Shown here: piece after piece, positions 30,742 to 40,236 of the stretch | Numbering within the stretch: the first letter of the stretch is position 1 | Layout of the letters: each line of letters begins with the position of its first letter | Source: a virus | Lineage: Duplodnaviria; Caudoviricetes | Strand: one strand, 5' to 3' | Virus record (IMG/VR): IMGVR_UViG_3300035507_000332 | Length of the DNA: 64,000 bases | Notes under the pieces: model-generated | What the model saw: the letters and a program-made list of their open reading frames with translations, nothing else | Told to the model about the DNA's origin: nothing | The model's database searches: none | Position numbers and translations under genes: made by a program

Positions 30742-31538
30742 AAATAGCCGTCGTGCAACTAGGCGTCAATAGGATGTACTATGATTTGTGCGACTCCTAT
30801 TATTCCACGAATAAAGAGAATTTCTTCCCTGACGAAGAGGTCGATTTTTACATTTTCACCAACGTAAAGCCGACAGTTGCCAGAAGAGGGCAATATGTTT
30901 TTGTCAAAGATTACGAAGGTGTATGGCCAGAGCCGACCTTTAGGAAGTTTGAGTGTATCCTAGAGGCCATAGAGCGTAAGGAATACGACCGAGTTTTCTA
31001 CTTAGATGCTGACAATTGTTTTTTGAGAAGAGCTTTGCTCCGAAAGGAATTCCTAGAGAACGATTTTTCTATTATCTCTCCTACTAGGTGGGGAGTAAAA
31101 TACGGAGGGATGTTCTGGGGAGGCAAAACCAAGTACGTAAAACAGTTTTGTGAGTATGTAAAAAGACGATGCGACAGAATCTTAGAAGCCAAAGAACTCC
31201 CTCTTAGAAATAACGACGAAGAATATTTCTATTGGCTAGACAGCGCAGGATTCAAAGTGACGAAATATTCTTACGACGAAGTTTTTGACGAAGGAGGCAA
31301 GAAATGGCTCTACCAGATTCCGAAGGATTTTCAGCAAGCCCACAGTCATAGAATATACATCGACTATGGCTTTGTGAGAGGATACGCAGCAATCAACTAT
31401 TCAATGAAGCTGATATCAGTCCACGAGACGCATTCTCTTTCTATTTACGGCCGTCTTGAAAATTTAGCAGAAGGGGTATATTCAATTACATGGCAGAATC
31501 CACAATTTCCTAACAGCTTATTAGACTTGAGGAAATGA
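30738..31538 (+). CDS. GT6-like glycosyltransferase 2
   Basis: Tandem paralog; YLDAD, YGGMFWGG, NDEE. Confidence 0.75.
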   Translation: MKIAVVQLGVNRMYYDLCDSYYSTNKENFFPDEEVDFYIFTNVKPTVARRGQYVFVKDYEGVWPEPTFRKFECILEAIERKEYDRVFYLDADNCFLRRALLRKEFLENDFSIISPTRWGVKYGGMFWGGKTKYVKQFCEYVKRRCDRILEAKELPLRNNDEEYFYWLDSAGFKVTKYSYDEVFDEGGKKWLYQIPKDFQQAHSHRIYIDYGFVRGYAAINYSMKLISVHETHSLSIYGRLENLAEGVYSITWQNPQFPNSLLDLRK

Positions 31539-32365
31539 AAATTGCGCTTATACGAGTAGCCACTGGAGAAAAGTATTGGAGCTTTTACGACCACTTCTAC
31601 GAAATCACGAGGGAAAACTTCTTCCCTGAACATGAGTTGCACACTCATGTATTCACAGATTGCGACAGAGTTACGCCAAGGAAGAATCAGATAGTGCATA
31701 AAGTATCATCTGATATCCGATGGCCAGAGCCATGCTTCAGGCGTTACGAATGGACGCTAGAGGCAATGGAGAGCGACGACTACGACTACGTTTACATGAT
31801 GGACGTTGACAATTTTGTAGACGTTCGACCACCAGAAGCTCTGATACAAGAACCATTCTGCATTGTTAGTCCCACAGAATGGCGTGTATTGTATGGCGGA
31901 GGATTCTGGGGAGGATTAACGGAGTTTGTCAGGAGATTTTGCCTGAAGATGAAAGCCGACATCGACGAAATCTTCAACTTCAACAGGCTACCAAGCGATG
32001 CCAACGACGAAGAGTTTCTGTATCATTGCGAGGAGCTAGGATGCAAAGTAAAGAAATTCCATTGGTCAGTTATACACAGAGACCTAAAATGGTCGCCTTG
32101 CTCTCAGAAATGGATGATACAAGTTGGCAAAGACATGCTAGTCGATAGAAAGTTCCAACATAAGGAAGATTGCGACTTTGGATTCTTCAAAGGGCCAGTT
32201 CTGATAAACGAACGAATGAGGGTTGTTTTATGCTTTGAAAAGCGAAGCTTCAACCACTACGGAAGGTACGAAGAAATCGAGCCAGGCAAGCTCAAAATCA
32301 CTTGGCAGGAAGAGCAGTATGGGGTAAGCTACCTAGACCTAAATGCAACAAAAGATAATAATTAG
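31535..32365 (+). CDS. GT6-like glycosyltransferase 3
   Basis: VATGEKY, VFTD, WPEP, MDVD, YGGGFWGG, NDEE. Confidence 0.8.
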   Translation: MKIALIRVATGEKYWSFYDHFYEITRENFFPEHELHTHVFTDCDRVTPRKNQIVHKVSSDIRWPEPCFRRYEWTLEAMESDDYDYVYMMDVDNFVDVRPPEALIQEPFCIVSPTEWRVLYGGGFWGGLTEFVRRFCLKMKADIDEIFNFNRLPSDANDEEFLYHCEELGCKVKKFHWSVIHRDLKWSPCSQKWMIQVGKDMLVDRKFQHKEDCDFGFFKGPVLINERMRVVLCFEKRSFNHYGRYEEIEPGKLKITWQEEQYGVSYLDLNATKDNN

Positions 32366-33809
32366 AGGGACGGAATACACAACAGTAGCCGAAGCGGCAA
32401 AAGCTACAGGAGTAGCACGGACTGCAATGGACAAATTCTTCCGTCGGCAGGGAGGATTTGCGTACGAAGATGCGGTAGCGAGAGGAGACATCAAGTTAAT
32501 TGTCAATGGTGAGCAAGTAGACACGATGCTATTTCTTCCCGAACTTACCGACCGAACGAGAGAATCAGCCAACAAAGAGGTTGTACTCAAAGCTTCCAAC
32601 CTAGAAAACGGCAAAGGAGAAATCCACATCGACACAATTTGGTGCGACAAAAAGAAGTTCAGAAGCTACCGCCAGTTGATGAAGTATCTAAACGCCGACA
32701 GCAGGAGGACACAAACAATTTGCCAAGTGATAAAGCTGTACGGCAAAAAGCTCACCACAAAGAAGTACCGAGAGGCTATCGACAAAAAAGGGTACGCACT
32801 CATTGACGGAGAACTTCTTAGCTACGAAGAAGCCTACGAGAGGTACGGCATGACAGAAAAGAAATTCTTTACGAGCTATGGGACAATTGTATTTCACAAA
32901 GGTAAACCAGGGAGCAAGATGAAAGACATCACGCTCAATGGCAAAAAAGTTTGGGGAAGACAGATAGCCAGAGACTACGGAATTCCCTACTCACGAGTTC
33001 TCAAGTATGTAGACAAGCGAGGAATCACCAACATTACAGACGAAGACATCGAGAAGCTCAAACGCCTTAAGCATTGCAAGAGAATAGAGGTAGAGTTCAA
33101 GGGCATGAGCTTCTGTTCCATGAAAGAATTCACGAAGGTGTTTCCGTCAAAGAACGTCTACAAAAAGCTCAAGAAATTCATCTGCGATGGCGAGGAAGTC
33201 TCCTACGGAAGTTTGCCATTCAACTACAAAGGCCAAACCTACACATTCTCAAAGGGTCAAGACCCCGATACCGTCGAGGAAATGAGAGCGGTAATTGACA
33301 GTATCGACCACGTGAGGTACGTACCATTTGAAGAAGTAGAGCGAAGAGTCCGACATCTCTACCTATGCGACTCGAATTTCTACTCTGCATTGTCAAAGTA
33401 CAAGCACCCGAAGGTGAGGCTATTTGACATCGAATCCTTGCTACAGTACAAACCCATACAAAAGCACGAAGGTATGTGCAGTTTATACTCAGCAAGTAAA
33501 ATCCGAGCAGGTGAAATTAAAGAAAAGCTGGGAATCGACGAGCCACAGATTTTTTCACTGTATGCGAACTTAATTTTTGGCAAGCGACTAAAGCGAGAGA
33601 AGCCCATCTGCGTTAAACGAGGCACGCAAAAAGCAATTTTGTACCCACAAGAGGCAATCCTGGAGTTTATAGATGAAATCCTGGAGAGCTACACAGGCGA
33701 AGAATTCAAGGAAATTGCGCTAAGAGAAACCAGTAGGCGCAAGAACAAGATAATTTTTGATTCAGAATTTCCATCTTATAAAGTTCTTGCCGAGGGAGAG
33801 CTATATTAA
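32343..33809 (+). CDS. basic protein with repeated HTH/NUMOD1-like DNA-binding modules
   Basis: IRGTEYTTVAEAAKATGV; ITLNGK...IARDYGIPYS; VEFKGMSFCSMKEF. Confidence 0.6.
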   Translation: MQQKIIIRGTEYTTVAEAAKATGVARTAMDKFFRRQGGFAYEDAVARGDIKLIVNGEQVDTMLFLPELTDRTRESANKEVVLKASNLENGKGEIHIDTIWCDKKKFRSYRQLMKYLNADSRRTQTICQVIKLYGKKLTTKKYREAIDKKGYALIDGELLSYEEAYERYGMTEKKFFTSYGTIVFHKGKPGSKMKDITLNGKKVWGRQIARDYGIPYSRVLKYVDKRGITNITDEDIEKLKRLKHCKRIEVEFKGMSFCSMKEFTKVFPSKNVYKKLKKFICDGEEVSYGSLPFNYKGQTYTFSKGQDPDTVEEMRAVIDSIDHVRYVPFEEVERRVRHLYLCDSNFYSALSKYKHPKVRLFDIESLLQYKPIQKHEGMCSLYSASKIRAGEIKEKLGIDEPQIFSLYANLIFGKRLKREKPICVKRGTQKAILYPQEAILEFIDEILESYTGEEFKEIALRETSRRKNKIIFDSEFPSYKVLAEGELY

Positions 33810-33850
33810 GTTGACAAACCGCCAAGGAGAATGATAAACTCCTTGACGAA

Positions 33851-34153
33851 ATGTTTCTAGAGGTTAAACCAACCAAGTTAAAGAGTTTGCAGAAGTACGA
33901 CTTCCGTAAACTTGGATTGTACCCTAGTGACAACTACTGCGATTTGGAGACCTTTTGTTTGTATGCAGAAGTCGAGGCTAAAGACTTGTATTTGGCAATT
34001 GAGCAGGGAAAGTTGCCCACGTGGGGAATTAGGTATTATCGAGAAGAAGTGGACAACAGCTACAGAATTGAGATGAACGAGTCAATTTGTGAGTTCATTC
34101 TTGAGAACGTATGCCAGAGAGACTTCTCACTCAAAATTTGGCTAGGGATTTGA
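33851..34153 (+). CDS. hypothetical protein
   Basis: Preceded by TTGACA-18-TAAACT. Confidence 0.7.
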   Translation: MFLEVKPTKLKSLQKYDFRKLGLYPSDNYCDLETFCLYAEVEAKDLYLAIEQGKLPTWGIRYYREEVDNSYRIEMNESICEFILENVCQRDFSLKIWLGI

Positions 34154-34157
34154 AGGC

Positions 34158-34511
34158 ATGGAATACAACTGGAGAATAGAGTACGAAGATTCAGCAGGAA
34201 AGCACGTAGCTTTTGCCGTAACGAAGGAGAAAGCCAACGAGATAGCTAGACTCCTACGCAAGCAAGAAACCGTCAGGAGAGCAAAGGTACTCCGTAATTT
34301 TCAAAATTCCCATACGCACAACGAGCCAGACCCATTGTCTATTTCCAAGCGAAAGGTTTGGGTAGTCTACTTTGTGAGGAGGGTAGAAGGTGAAACCAAG
34401 ACGTCAATTGAGCTGTACGAGGACTTCCGAGACGCTGAAGAAGAAGCTCAGAAACTCAAAGACTTATGCCGATCTGGGAGGGTTTTTCTCTTCGACAAGG
34501 AAATAAATTGA
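34158..34511 (+). CDS. hypothetical protein
   Basis: 117 aa. Confidence 0.7.
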   Translation: MEYNWRIEYEDSAGKHVAFAVTKEKANEIARLLRKQETVRRAKVLRNFQNSHTHNEPDPLSISKRKVWVVYFVRRVEGETKTSIELYEDFRDAEEEAQKLKDLCRSGRVFLFDKEIN

Positions 34512-34531
34512 GAGAAAATTCTAAAAAATTA

Positions 34532-34560
34532 TTGACTTTGTAAGAGACCTCCCTTATAAT
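34532..34560 (+). promoter_or_regulatory. sigma70 promoter giving a leaderless mRNA
   Basis: TTGACT-17-TATAAT, ATG 6 nt after -10. Confidence 0.85.
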
Positions 34561-34566
34561 ACGTCC

Positions 34567-35625
34567 ATGTCCTACAACCAAGACCCACAATCCGCAGTCG
34601 CTTCCTTCAAGTTCACCACAGCTAAAAACCCTGTGTACCGCAAGAAGTTTGAAAGCGACATTCCAGAAGAACTTGAAACCCCACTTGTAAACGAAGGCCT
34701 CGTCCTTGGCGACAAGATGAAGGCATTCAAGCCTAAGAGCAAGAAGCTTGAAGAAATCCTCTTGCCTTGTTCGTTCGCAATGAGCTACACCCCACATGGT
34801 ACGCACTTTCCTTTTGGCGCATGTGAAGACTATCTCCTTGTAACGAACGGAATGGCTGTTATGTACATCAAGAAGAGTCTCATCAACGACCCCGAAGGGA
34901 AGTACAACAGCGGAATTTTCTATCCTGCTACCGATAGTACCAAGGTTAAGTTCTACGACGACGAACAAGGAGCAACCAACGTCATCAACAACGCCTACAA
35001 AATGGCTAAGAACTGCCTGTTCTGGGGAGATATCCCTTCAAGAGTCATGCACAAGACGACTATTGGCGTTGAAGATATCCCTACTCTCTCGAAGGGTGCT
35101 GAAATGTGGTACAGACAAACTAAGGCACGTGGTGGCAGAATCGTCAGCTTGGGCTTAAAGCTCGATGATAGCGTAACTATTCTCCTTAGTTCCTACATGG
35201 AAATGGTCAAGGCTCTCTTCTCACTCATTGGTGACAAGGATTTGCGTCTTGAATCTTCTCACTACATCCGCCCAGGAGACGAAGACAAGAAAGTTGGTTT
35301 AGTCTCATTCCGTGGGGTTGGCTATAGCGAAGGAGATTTTGGCATCTTTGGTATGTGCGACCTCAAGCCAGGCAACCACATTTGCGTACGTCTCGATGGC
35401 AAGGGACAACAAGCAGGTGACTACCTCAAGAAGAACACTAGAGACTACGTAAAGCCTGTTGTAGTAGCCAAGGTTGAGAATAGCTTTGTGACGGTACTTT
35501 CAACAGCAGCTCCTAGTTGTAACTACGACCCGAAGACACGCCAGTTGTATCCATGGGAAATCAACATTGACGAAGCAACAGCTCGAGTCCTCTACGAAGA
35601 ACTTAAATACCGCTTTGAAAAGTGA
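34567..35625 (+). CDS. hypothetical protein
   Basis: 352 aa. Confidence 0.8.
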   Translation: MSYNQDPQSAVASFKFTTAKNPVYRKKFESDIPEELETPLVNEGLVLGDKMKAFKPKSKKLEEILLPCSFAMSYTPHGTHFPFGACEDYLLVTNGMAVMYIKKSLINDPEGKYNSGIFYPATDSTKVKFYDDEQGATNVINNAYKMAKNCLFWGDIPSRVMHKTTIGVEDIPTLSKGAEMWYRQTKARGGRIVSLGLKLDDSVTILLSSYMEMVKALFSLIGDKDLRLESSHYIRPGDEDKKVGLVSFRGVGYSEGDFGIFGMCDLKPGNHICVRLDGKGQQAGDYLKKNTRDYVKPVVVAKVENSFVTVLSTAAPSCNYDPKTRQLYPWEINIDEATARVLYEELKYRFEK

Positions 35626-35888
35626 ATAAAACCGTGACTTTGATAGCGACCTGCCGTTCCTGCGGCAGGTCAGAAAGGGTAAATGTAACAGAGAAAGATT
35701 GGTTGTTCGTCAAAAAACGTGGACAATCGCCTCTAAATGCCTTTCCTTACCTCTCTGAGGACGTTCGCTATAGATTAGCCCATGGGCTATGCCTAACGTG
35801 TTCTAGGGGCAATTCTGAGCCAAGAAATGAAAACCGTGATAATATGTCCTCCGAACAAGAATCCACTAGCAAGCACCCGACTAACTAA
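35622..35888 (+). CDS. small zinc-finger protein
   Basis: CRSCG...AFPYLS...GLCLTC. Confidence 0.65.
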   Translation: MNKTVTLIATCRSCGRSERVNVTEKDWLFVKKRGQSPLNAFPYLSEDVRYRLAHGLCLTCSRGNSEPRNENRDNMSSEQESTSKHPTN

Positions 35889-36462
35889 GTTGGGGTATGA
35901 GTGGGAGACTTTTTGGAGCAATGACATTGAGTTATCGGACACTCGCCAGTCTGAATGCCTAACCTTTATGCGTGGGCGAAGTCTAGAAAACCTAGAGCAA
36001 CGCCCACATGTAAGGCATCTACGTAACAATTGGCAGAAGATTCTCGTCAATTATGCCGATTCTGACGAGAAAGTGCTATTTCTTGAGGAGGACGCATGTC
36101 CCCAGATTACAGCAGAAGACTTAGAAGAAGCAGTTGATAGGGAATTATCCAGCTACAAGGTCGATATCCTGCGCCTGTTCCAGACGTTGGTAAACAGCAA
36201 TGGAGGAAGGCATCTGTTCAGCAAGAATTCTGAATTTGAGTGGTTTAGAGATTCAAGTTTGTGCCAGTATACCGACTACCACTATGGGTCACATGCCTAT
36301 TTTATACCAAAAAGGTCAAGAATTGCCATGGCACGTATCTTCAGTTCGTACCGACTACCAACAGACACAGCAGTAGAAATGGCCTGTGCCAAGGGAGACT
36401 TGGTAATGAGAGTTTCAAGAGACAATCTTTTCACGCAAGGAGTACATGGAAGCACGCTCTGA
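35827..36462 (+). CDS. GT25-like glycosyltransferase
   Basis: HLRNNW, LFLEEDA, DILRL, YGSHAYFI, PTD. Confidence 0.65.
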   Translation: MKTVIICPPNKNPLASTRLTKLGYEWETFWSNDIELSDTRQSECLTFMRGRSLENLEQRPHVRHLRNNWQKILVNYADSDEKVLFLEEDACPQITAEDLEEAVDRELSSYKVDILRLFQTLVNSNGGRHLFSKNSEFEWFRDSSLCQYTDYHYGSHAYFIPKRSRIAMARIFSSYRLPTDTAVEMACAKGDLVMRVSRDNLFTQGVHGSTL

Positions 36463-37132
36463 TAAATCAACGTACTATTGCAAGCACTGCGACTGGAGTG
36501 GCAATGTAGAATTCTACAACGACGGAAACTTCTACTCTGTAGGAAGGGAAAGTGGAAAATTCTATGTCACTAACGGTTGTATTCTCACATTAGCGTGGGA
36601 TAGTTGGCCAGCAGAACAGGTCTACTTGAAAAATTCTAAGTGGATAGGCTCAAGGATGGTACTAACCAAGTTCGACGGACAAACAGACGTCGTTAATCTT
36701 AACCAAAATACTCAAGTTTCCAGTATCAAAGTTGTAGTCTCCGACTGCAATCAGTACAAAGAAGGATATTTCAACGCTGGGCTACCAAACTTCGACTGTA
36801 GAGACCGATTGCCATTTGCCGACAACTCACTTAGCGAACTAGTAATGGAGGAGGGTATTTTCAAAATACTGACGCCTAGCCAGATGTACCTATTTTGTGA
36901 GGATGCACTTAGAATGTTACAGCAGGATGGCAAGCTAGAGCTTCAATTCTCCTCTATCGAAGAACTAACCGCCAAGAAGTCCAACCAAGATGCTGTAAAA
37001 GCTCTAAAGGACTACATGCTAGCAGGGAATCACAAGAATTTTCCTAGCAAAACAGGGTACGTACAGATGCTATCAATTTTAGGCTTTACTGTAAAAGAGA
37101 GCGTAGGAAAAATCACAGCGGTAAAGCAATAA
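36446..37132 (+). CDS. W-rich beta module fused to a degenerate class I methyltransferase-like domain
   Basis: LTLAWDSWP; DCRDRLPFADNS...RMLQQDGKL. Confidence 0.55.
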   Translation: MEARSDKSTYYCKHCDWSGNVEFYNDGNFYSVGRESGKFYVTNGCILTLAWDSWPAEQVYLKNSKWIGSRMVLTKFDGQTDVVNLNQNTQVSSIKVVVSDCNQYKEGYFNAGLPNFDCRDRLPFADNSLSELVMEEGIFKILTPSQMYLFCEDALRMLQQDGKLELQFSSIEELTAKKSNQDAVKALKDYMLAGNHKNFPSKTGYVQMLSILGFTVKESVGKITAVKQ

Positions 37133-37133
37133 A

Positions 37134-37892
37134 ATGGACGAACAAAAACCTATCATAGCTCTAGTATTCAACAATCTGGACCAAGACTACTCTAAGACAA
37201 TCGACAACAACGTCGATTTGGTGGCACGCTTCAATATGTTCCCCACTGGGGGCAAGTACGGCACGAAAACCGATATGGTATTTGCCTACATGCCAGACAT
37301 CGTGGATGAATTATTTGAAGCCGATCTTCCAGGAGTCGATTACTACATGGTAGGAGAGGTGTACAAAGACTCTACAGACGCCTGCAAGAAAAGATTCCCT
37401 AATATCAAAAACCACAAGATGCCTATCGCCAACTGGAGAAGCTTGGCAAAGTCATCAATTCGTGCGTGGGCATTGAATTTTTTATTGTATAAGTACCAAG
37501 ACTATGATATAGGAGTCCTCGGTGACTTACCAAGCAATGCCAGTGAACAAGAGCAGTGGTTTGTAGACAACCTAAAGTCTAGTGGCTTAGTTGGTCAATG
37601 GACGAGAGCTTATGGAGGAGCGCAAGTATTCTCTAAAGTGAACGACCCAGACCGCCAACCACCTCTCTACACGTCGGTCTATTGTGAGACTCCCTATTGG
37701 ACTGACGACATCATTGTCATTGGTTACCGTACCTATCGAAACCAAGCTCCACAGGAAACCGCCATGCTTGTTGAGTATGTACCCAACGAGAAGCTCGTTA
37801 TCCAGTGGGACGGTTATGGAGTCCAAGAATTCAGGATGCACGAAGATGGTCAACGCTTCATCTCTGGACGAGAATTCTACTTCGACTGGTAA
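37134..37892 (+). CDS. divergent GT29-like protein with C-terminal W-rich beta module
   Basis: IALVFN...IDNNVDLVARFN...GTKTD; LVIQWDGYG. Confidence 0.6.
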   Translation: MDEQKPIIALVFNNLDQDYSKTIDNNVDLVARFNMFPTGGKYGTKTDMVFAYMPDIVDELFEADLPGVDYYMVGEVYKDSTDACKKRFPNIKNHKMPIANWRSLAKSSIRAWALNFLLYKYQDYDIGVLGDLPSNASEQEQWFVDNLKSSGLVGQWTRAYGGAQVFSKVNDPDRQPPLYTSVYCETPYWTDDIIVIGYRTYRNQAPQETAMLVEYVPNEKLVIQWDGYGVQEFRMHEDGQRFISGREFYFDW

Positions 37893-37924
37893 AAAGCCAG
37901 TCCAACAAACAATCAAATACTACT

Positions 37925-38248
37925 ATGGCAACTAGCCCCAAATCTATATTTCCGCAATACCACTACGTGCAAGTAAGCAAAACTTCATTCTCCTGTGATA
38001 CCCACCACTTGCAAAAGAACGGCAAAACCTGGTGGATGAAAGTACCTTTTCTTGACAAAGAAACTCAAGAAAGGCAAGAAGTTCGATTTTCTCTAAAGAC
38101 CCCAGACGTCGAAAAAGCCAAGGAACTTCGGGACAAAATGCTCGCTTCTTTGGAAGAACAGTTCGAGGTCGTACAGTACGTACACGGTAAATTGGTCAAA
38201 GGCACGTTGGTAGATCCAACAAAAACGACGCCTGTTACATACTTCTGA
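37925..38248 (+). CDS. small integrase-arm-type (three-stranded beta) DNA-binding protein
   Basis: HHLQKNGKTWW...RFSLKTPDVEKAKELRD; start moved to MATSPK. Confidence 0.55.
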   Translation: MATSPKSIFPQYHYVQVSKTSFSCDTHHLQKNGKTWWMKVPFLDKETQERQEVRFSLKTPDVEKAKELRDKMLASLEEQFEVVQYVHGKLVKGTLVDPTKTTPVTYF

Positions 38249-38288
38249 TGGTACATCCCACAAGTTGGGAACTTGGTTAATTAGGACG

Positions 38289-38332
38289 AACTCCTGCAGG
38301 AAGCCAAAACTTCTTGCAGGAGTATTTTTTTA
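38289..38332 (+). terminator. intrinsic terminator ending the + strand block
   Basis: ACTCCTGCAGGAAG-ccaaaa-CTTCTTGCAGGAGT + T-tract. Confidence 0.85.
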
Positions 38333-38611
38333 TTCTTGTTAAAATACCTCAGAAATTATTTTTTCCATATATTATTCTATACCTATAGAGGGAATAAAAG
38401 AGGGTTTTTAAGGGTATTTATCGCACTGCACAGTATTGTGAAAATATTTGAGAGGTCGGCGGATATGGCTAGCCAGACTTTACTGAGAGTTGCTGATATT
38501 CAAAGAGTTATGGCTATAGATGCTAAGATGCTACGCACTGGATGGTTGGTAATTGTTTCTTCTTTCAATACTCTATAAAACAAGCGACTGTCTTTCCACT
38601 ATACCGTAGCT

Positions 38612-38800
38612 AAGAATTCTACCCTCGAACTTAGTTGCTCAATTTGTTACTTACCACCTCGGAATTCTACCCACCCTTTTATCAATTCTAACCACGAATT
38701 CTCCTTTATTACCTCGGAATTCTAACTGTCCCAAATTTCTGATACACTTGTATACACAGTCGAATACGGAATTCTACCTCGGTTGTACCAAAAATTCTAG
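38612..38800. repeat. degenerate (CTCG)GAATTCTAC array
   Basis: Five GAATTCT and further AATTCTA copies in <200 bp of non-coding DNA. Confidence 0.75.
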
Positions 38801-39174
38801 GCAGTTTGACTCCTTCCAGCTTACCCAAATTCATACGTAACTCATTGCATTATCAATGCTTTACAGATGCCTTACCTTCGCCTTTGCCCTGCCTTCGCCT
38901 CCCCATAGGGTAGCCTTTCTTTTATCTATATTATACTAATACTACGTAGCCCACGAAGTGGTTATCGCTCATTCTAACCTCGCAGAATCGAATATCGAGT
39001 GGTGTGATGAGCTAGCGAAATCCGCCCAAATAAGCGCTATTTTGCTAAATTTGACCTTGTTAGGGGTACAGGGCACTCGGCGGAAACATTGAATATCAAC
39101 GAGTTACGAAGACGCTTTCTGAGAGGGTCGAGAACAGCCGAGGAAAGAGGGTAGTATCAAGGGGTAAGGATACA

Positions 39175-39203
39175 ATTGTACCACATAACGAACAGAAAGT
39201 CAA
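39175..39203 (-). promoter_or_regulatory. sigma70 promoter with no downstream ORF
   Basis: TTGACT-17-TACAAT pointing into ~900 bp with no - strand ORF. Confidence 0.7.
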
Positions 39204-39318
39204 GCACTTAGATGTGAATTTTTCACTTTTTAGAATTTTATACAAATTCGCTTGACAAAAGGGAGGCGAAGTGCATCGAGGGACAGCCGAAGCACAGGAT
39301 GAGGGAGGAGTCAAGCCA

Positions 39319-39399
39319 TTTATGTGTTTATGTGTTTATGTGGTGTTTACTGTTTACTGTTTACTGTTTACTGTTTACTGTTTACTGTTTACTGTTTAC
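39319..39399. repeat. (TTTATGTG)x3 + (TGTTTAC)x8
   Basis: Direct reading; two more TGTTTAC units at 39476-39489. Confidence 0.95.
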
Positions 39400-39492
39400 A
39401 AAATGCACAAAAAGATAGGTTGTCAAGCCTTTTTCAGGCATAGAAGCAGAAAATAGTTGCGCAGGAAGTTCCTACTGTTTACTGTTTACAGC

Positions 39493-40236
39493 ATGTCAAA
39501 AGCAAATTATCCAGATCAGGCGAAGTTGTTCAAGATGTGTTACTACAATCCAGAGAATCCTTCTCTACCATTAGTTCGCAGGAAGACAGGCAAGCCTATT
39601 GGAGGAGTCTATTATCCAGAAGGTAGAAGGGCAGTCACCTACTATCGTCACTACTATAGAGGGACGTTGCAGATTTGCAGATTGGTTTGGGTATATTGGT
39701 GCGGAGTGAATCCCGATCAGAGAATTCTCCGAGAAGACAAGAATCCATTGAACAATCTAATGGAGAATCTATATGTACTCTATCACGGCAAGAAATACTT
39801 CCTGAGAGATATCGTCGAGATGCAGAGAGTGGAGGGAGGGAATTCTGAAAATCAACAGAACAATTATGTGCAACAGAATTCTCCTGCCGAAGAAGAAATT
39901 TCCGACCCTGAAGATAGATACGTCAGTCGCCCAGTGACGAGGGAAGAGATAGAAGAAGCGGAGAGAGAAGTAGCCGAGGCGAATGCCGAAGCCGAGCGAG
40001 AAGAGAGAGAAGCACGAGAACAATCGTTGAGAGCAACTTCCGAGATGGACGAAGAAGTGTACCGTCAATTTGGCAAGAGAAATATTCTTGACGTAACAGA
40101 CGACGAGATACAGGAAATCCGAGAAAGAGAAGTGCGCTCAAAATTCTTGAAGTACCGCAATCAGACACAGCTGATGAAAGAGTTATTAGGAGTGAACGTA
40201 CGAGTGGACGAAGACGACGATGCAATACCATTATGA
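39493..40236 (+). CDS. degenerate HNH-endonuclease-like domain + acidic coiled coil
   Basis: ICRLVWVYWCG.NP...LREDKNPLNNLMENL; catalytic His missing. Confidence 0.6.
   Translation: MSKANYPDQAKLFKMCYYNPENPSLPLVRRKTGKPIGGVYYPEGRRAVTYYRHYYRGTLQICRLVWVYWCGVNPDQRILREDKNPLNNLMENLYVLYHGKKYFLRDIVEMQRVEGGNSENQQNNYVQQNSPAEEEISDPEDRYVSRPVTREEIEEAEREVAEANAEAEREEREAREQSLRATSEMDEEVYRQFGKRNILDVTDDEIQEIREREVRSKFLKYRNQTQLMKELLGVNVRVDEDDDAIPL

Noticed and set aside
38336-39456. Short ORFs in the hinge region
   Set aside because: Atypical composition or repeat-derived; no consistent expression signals
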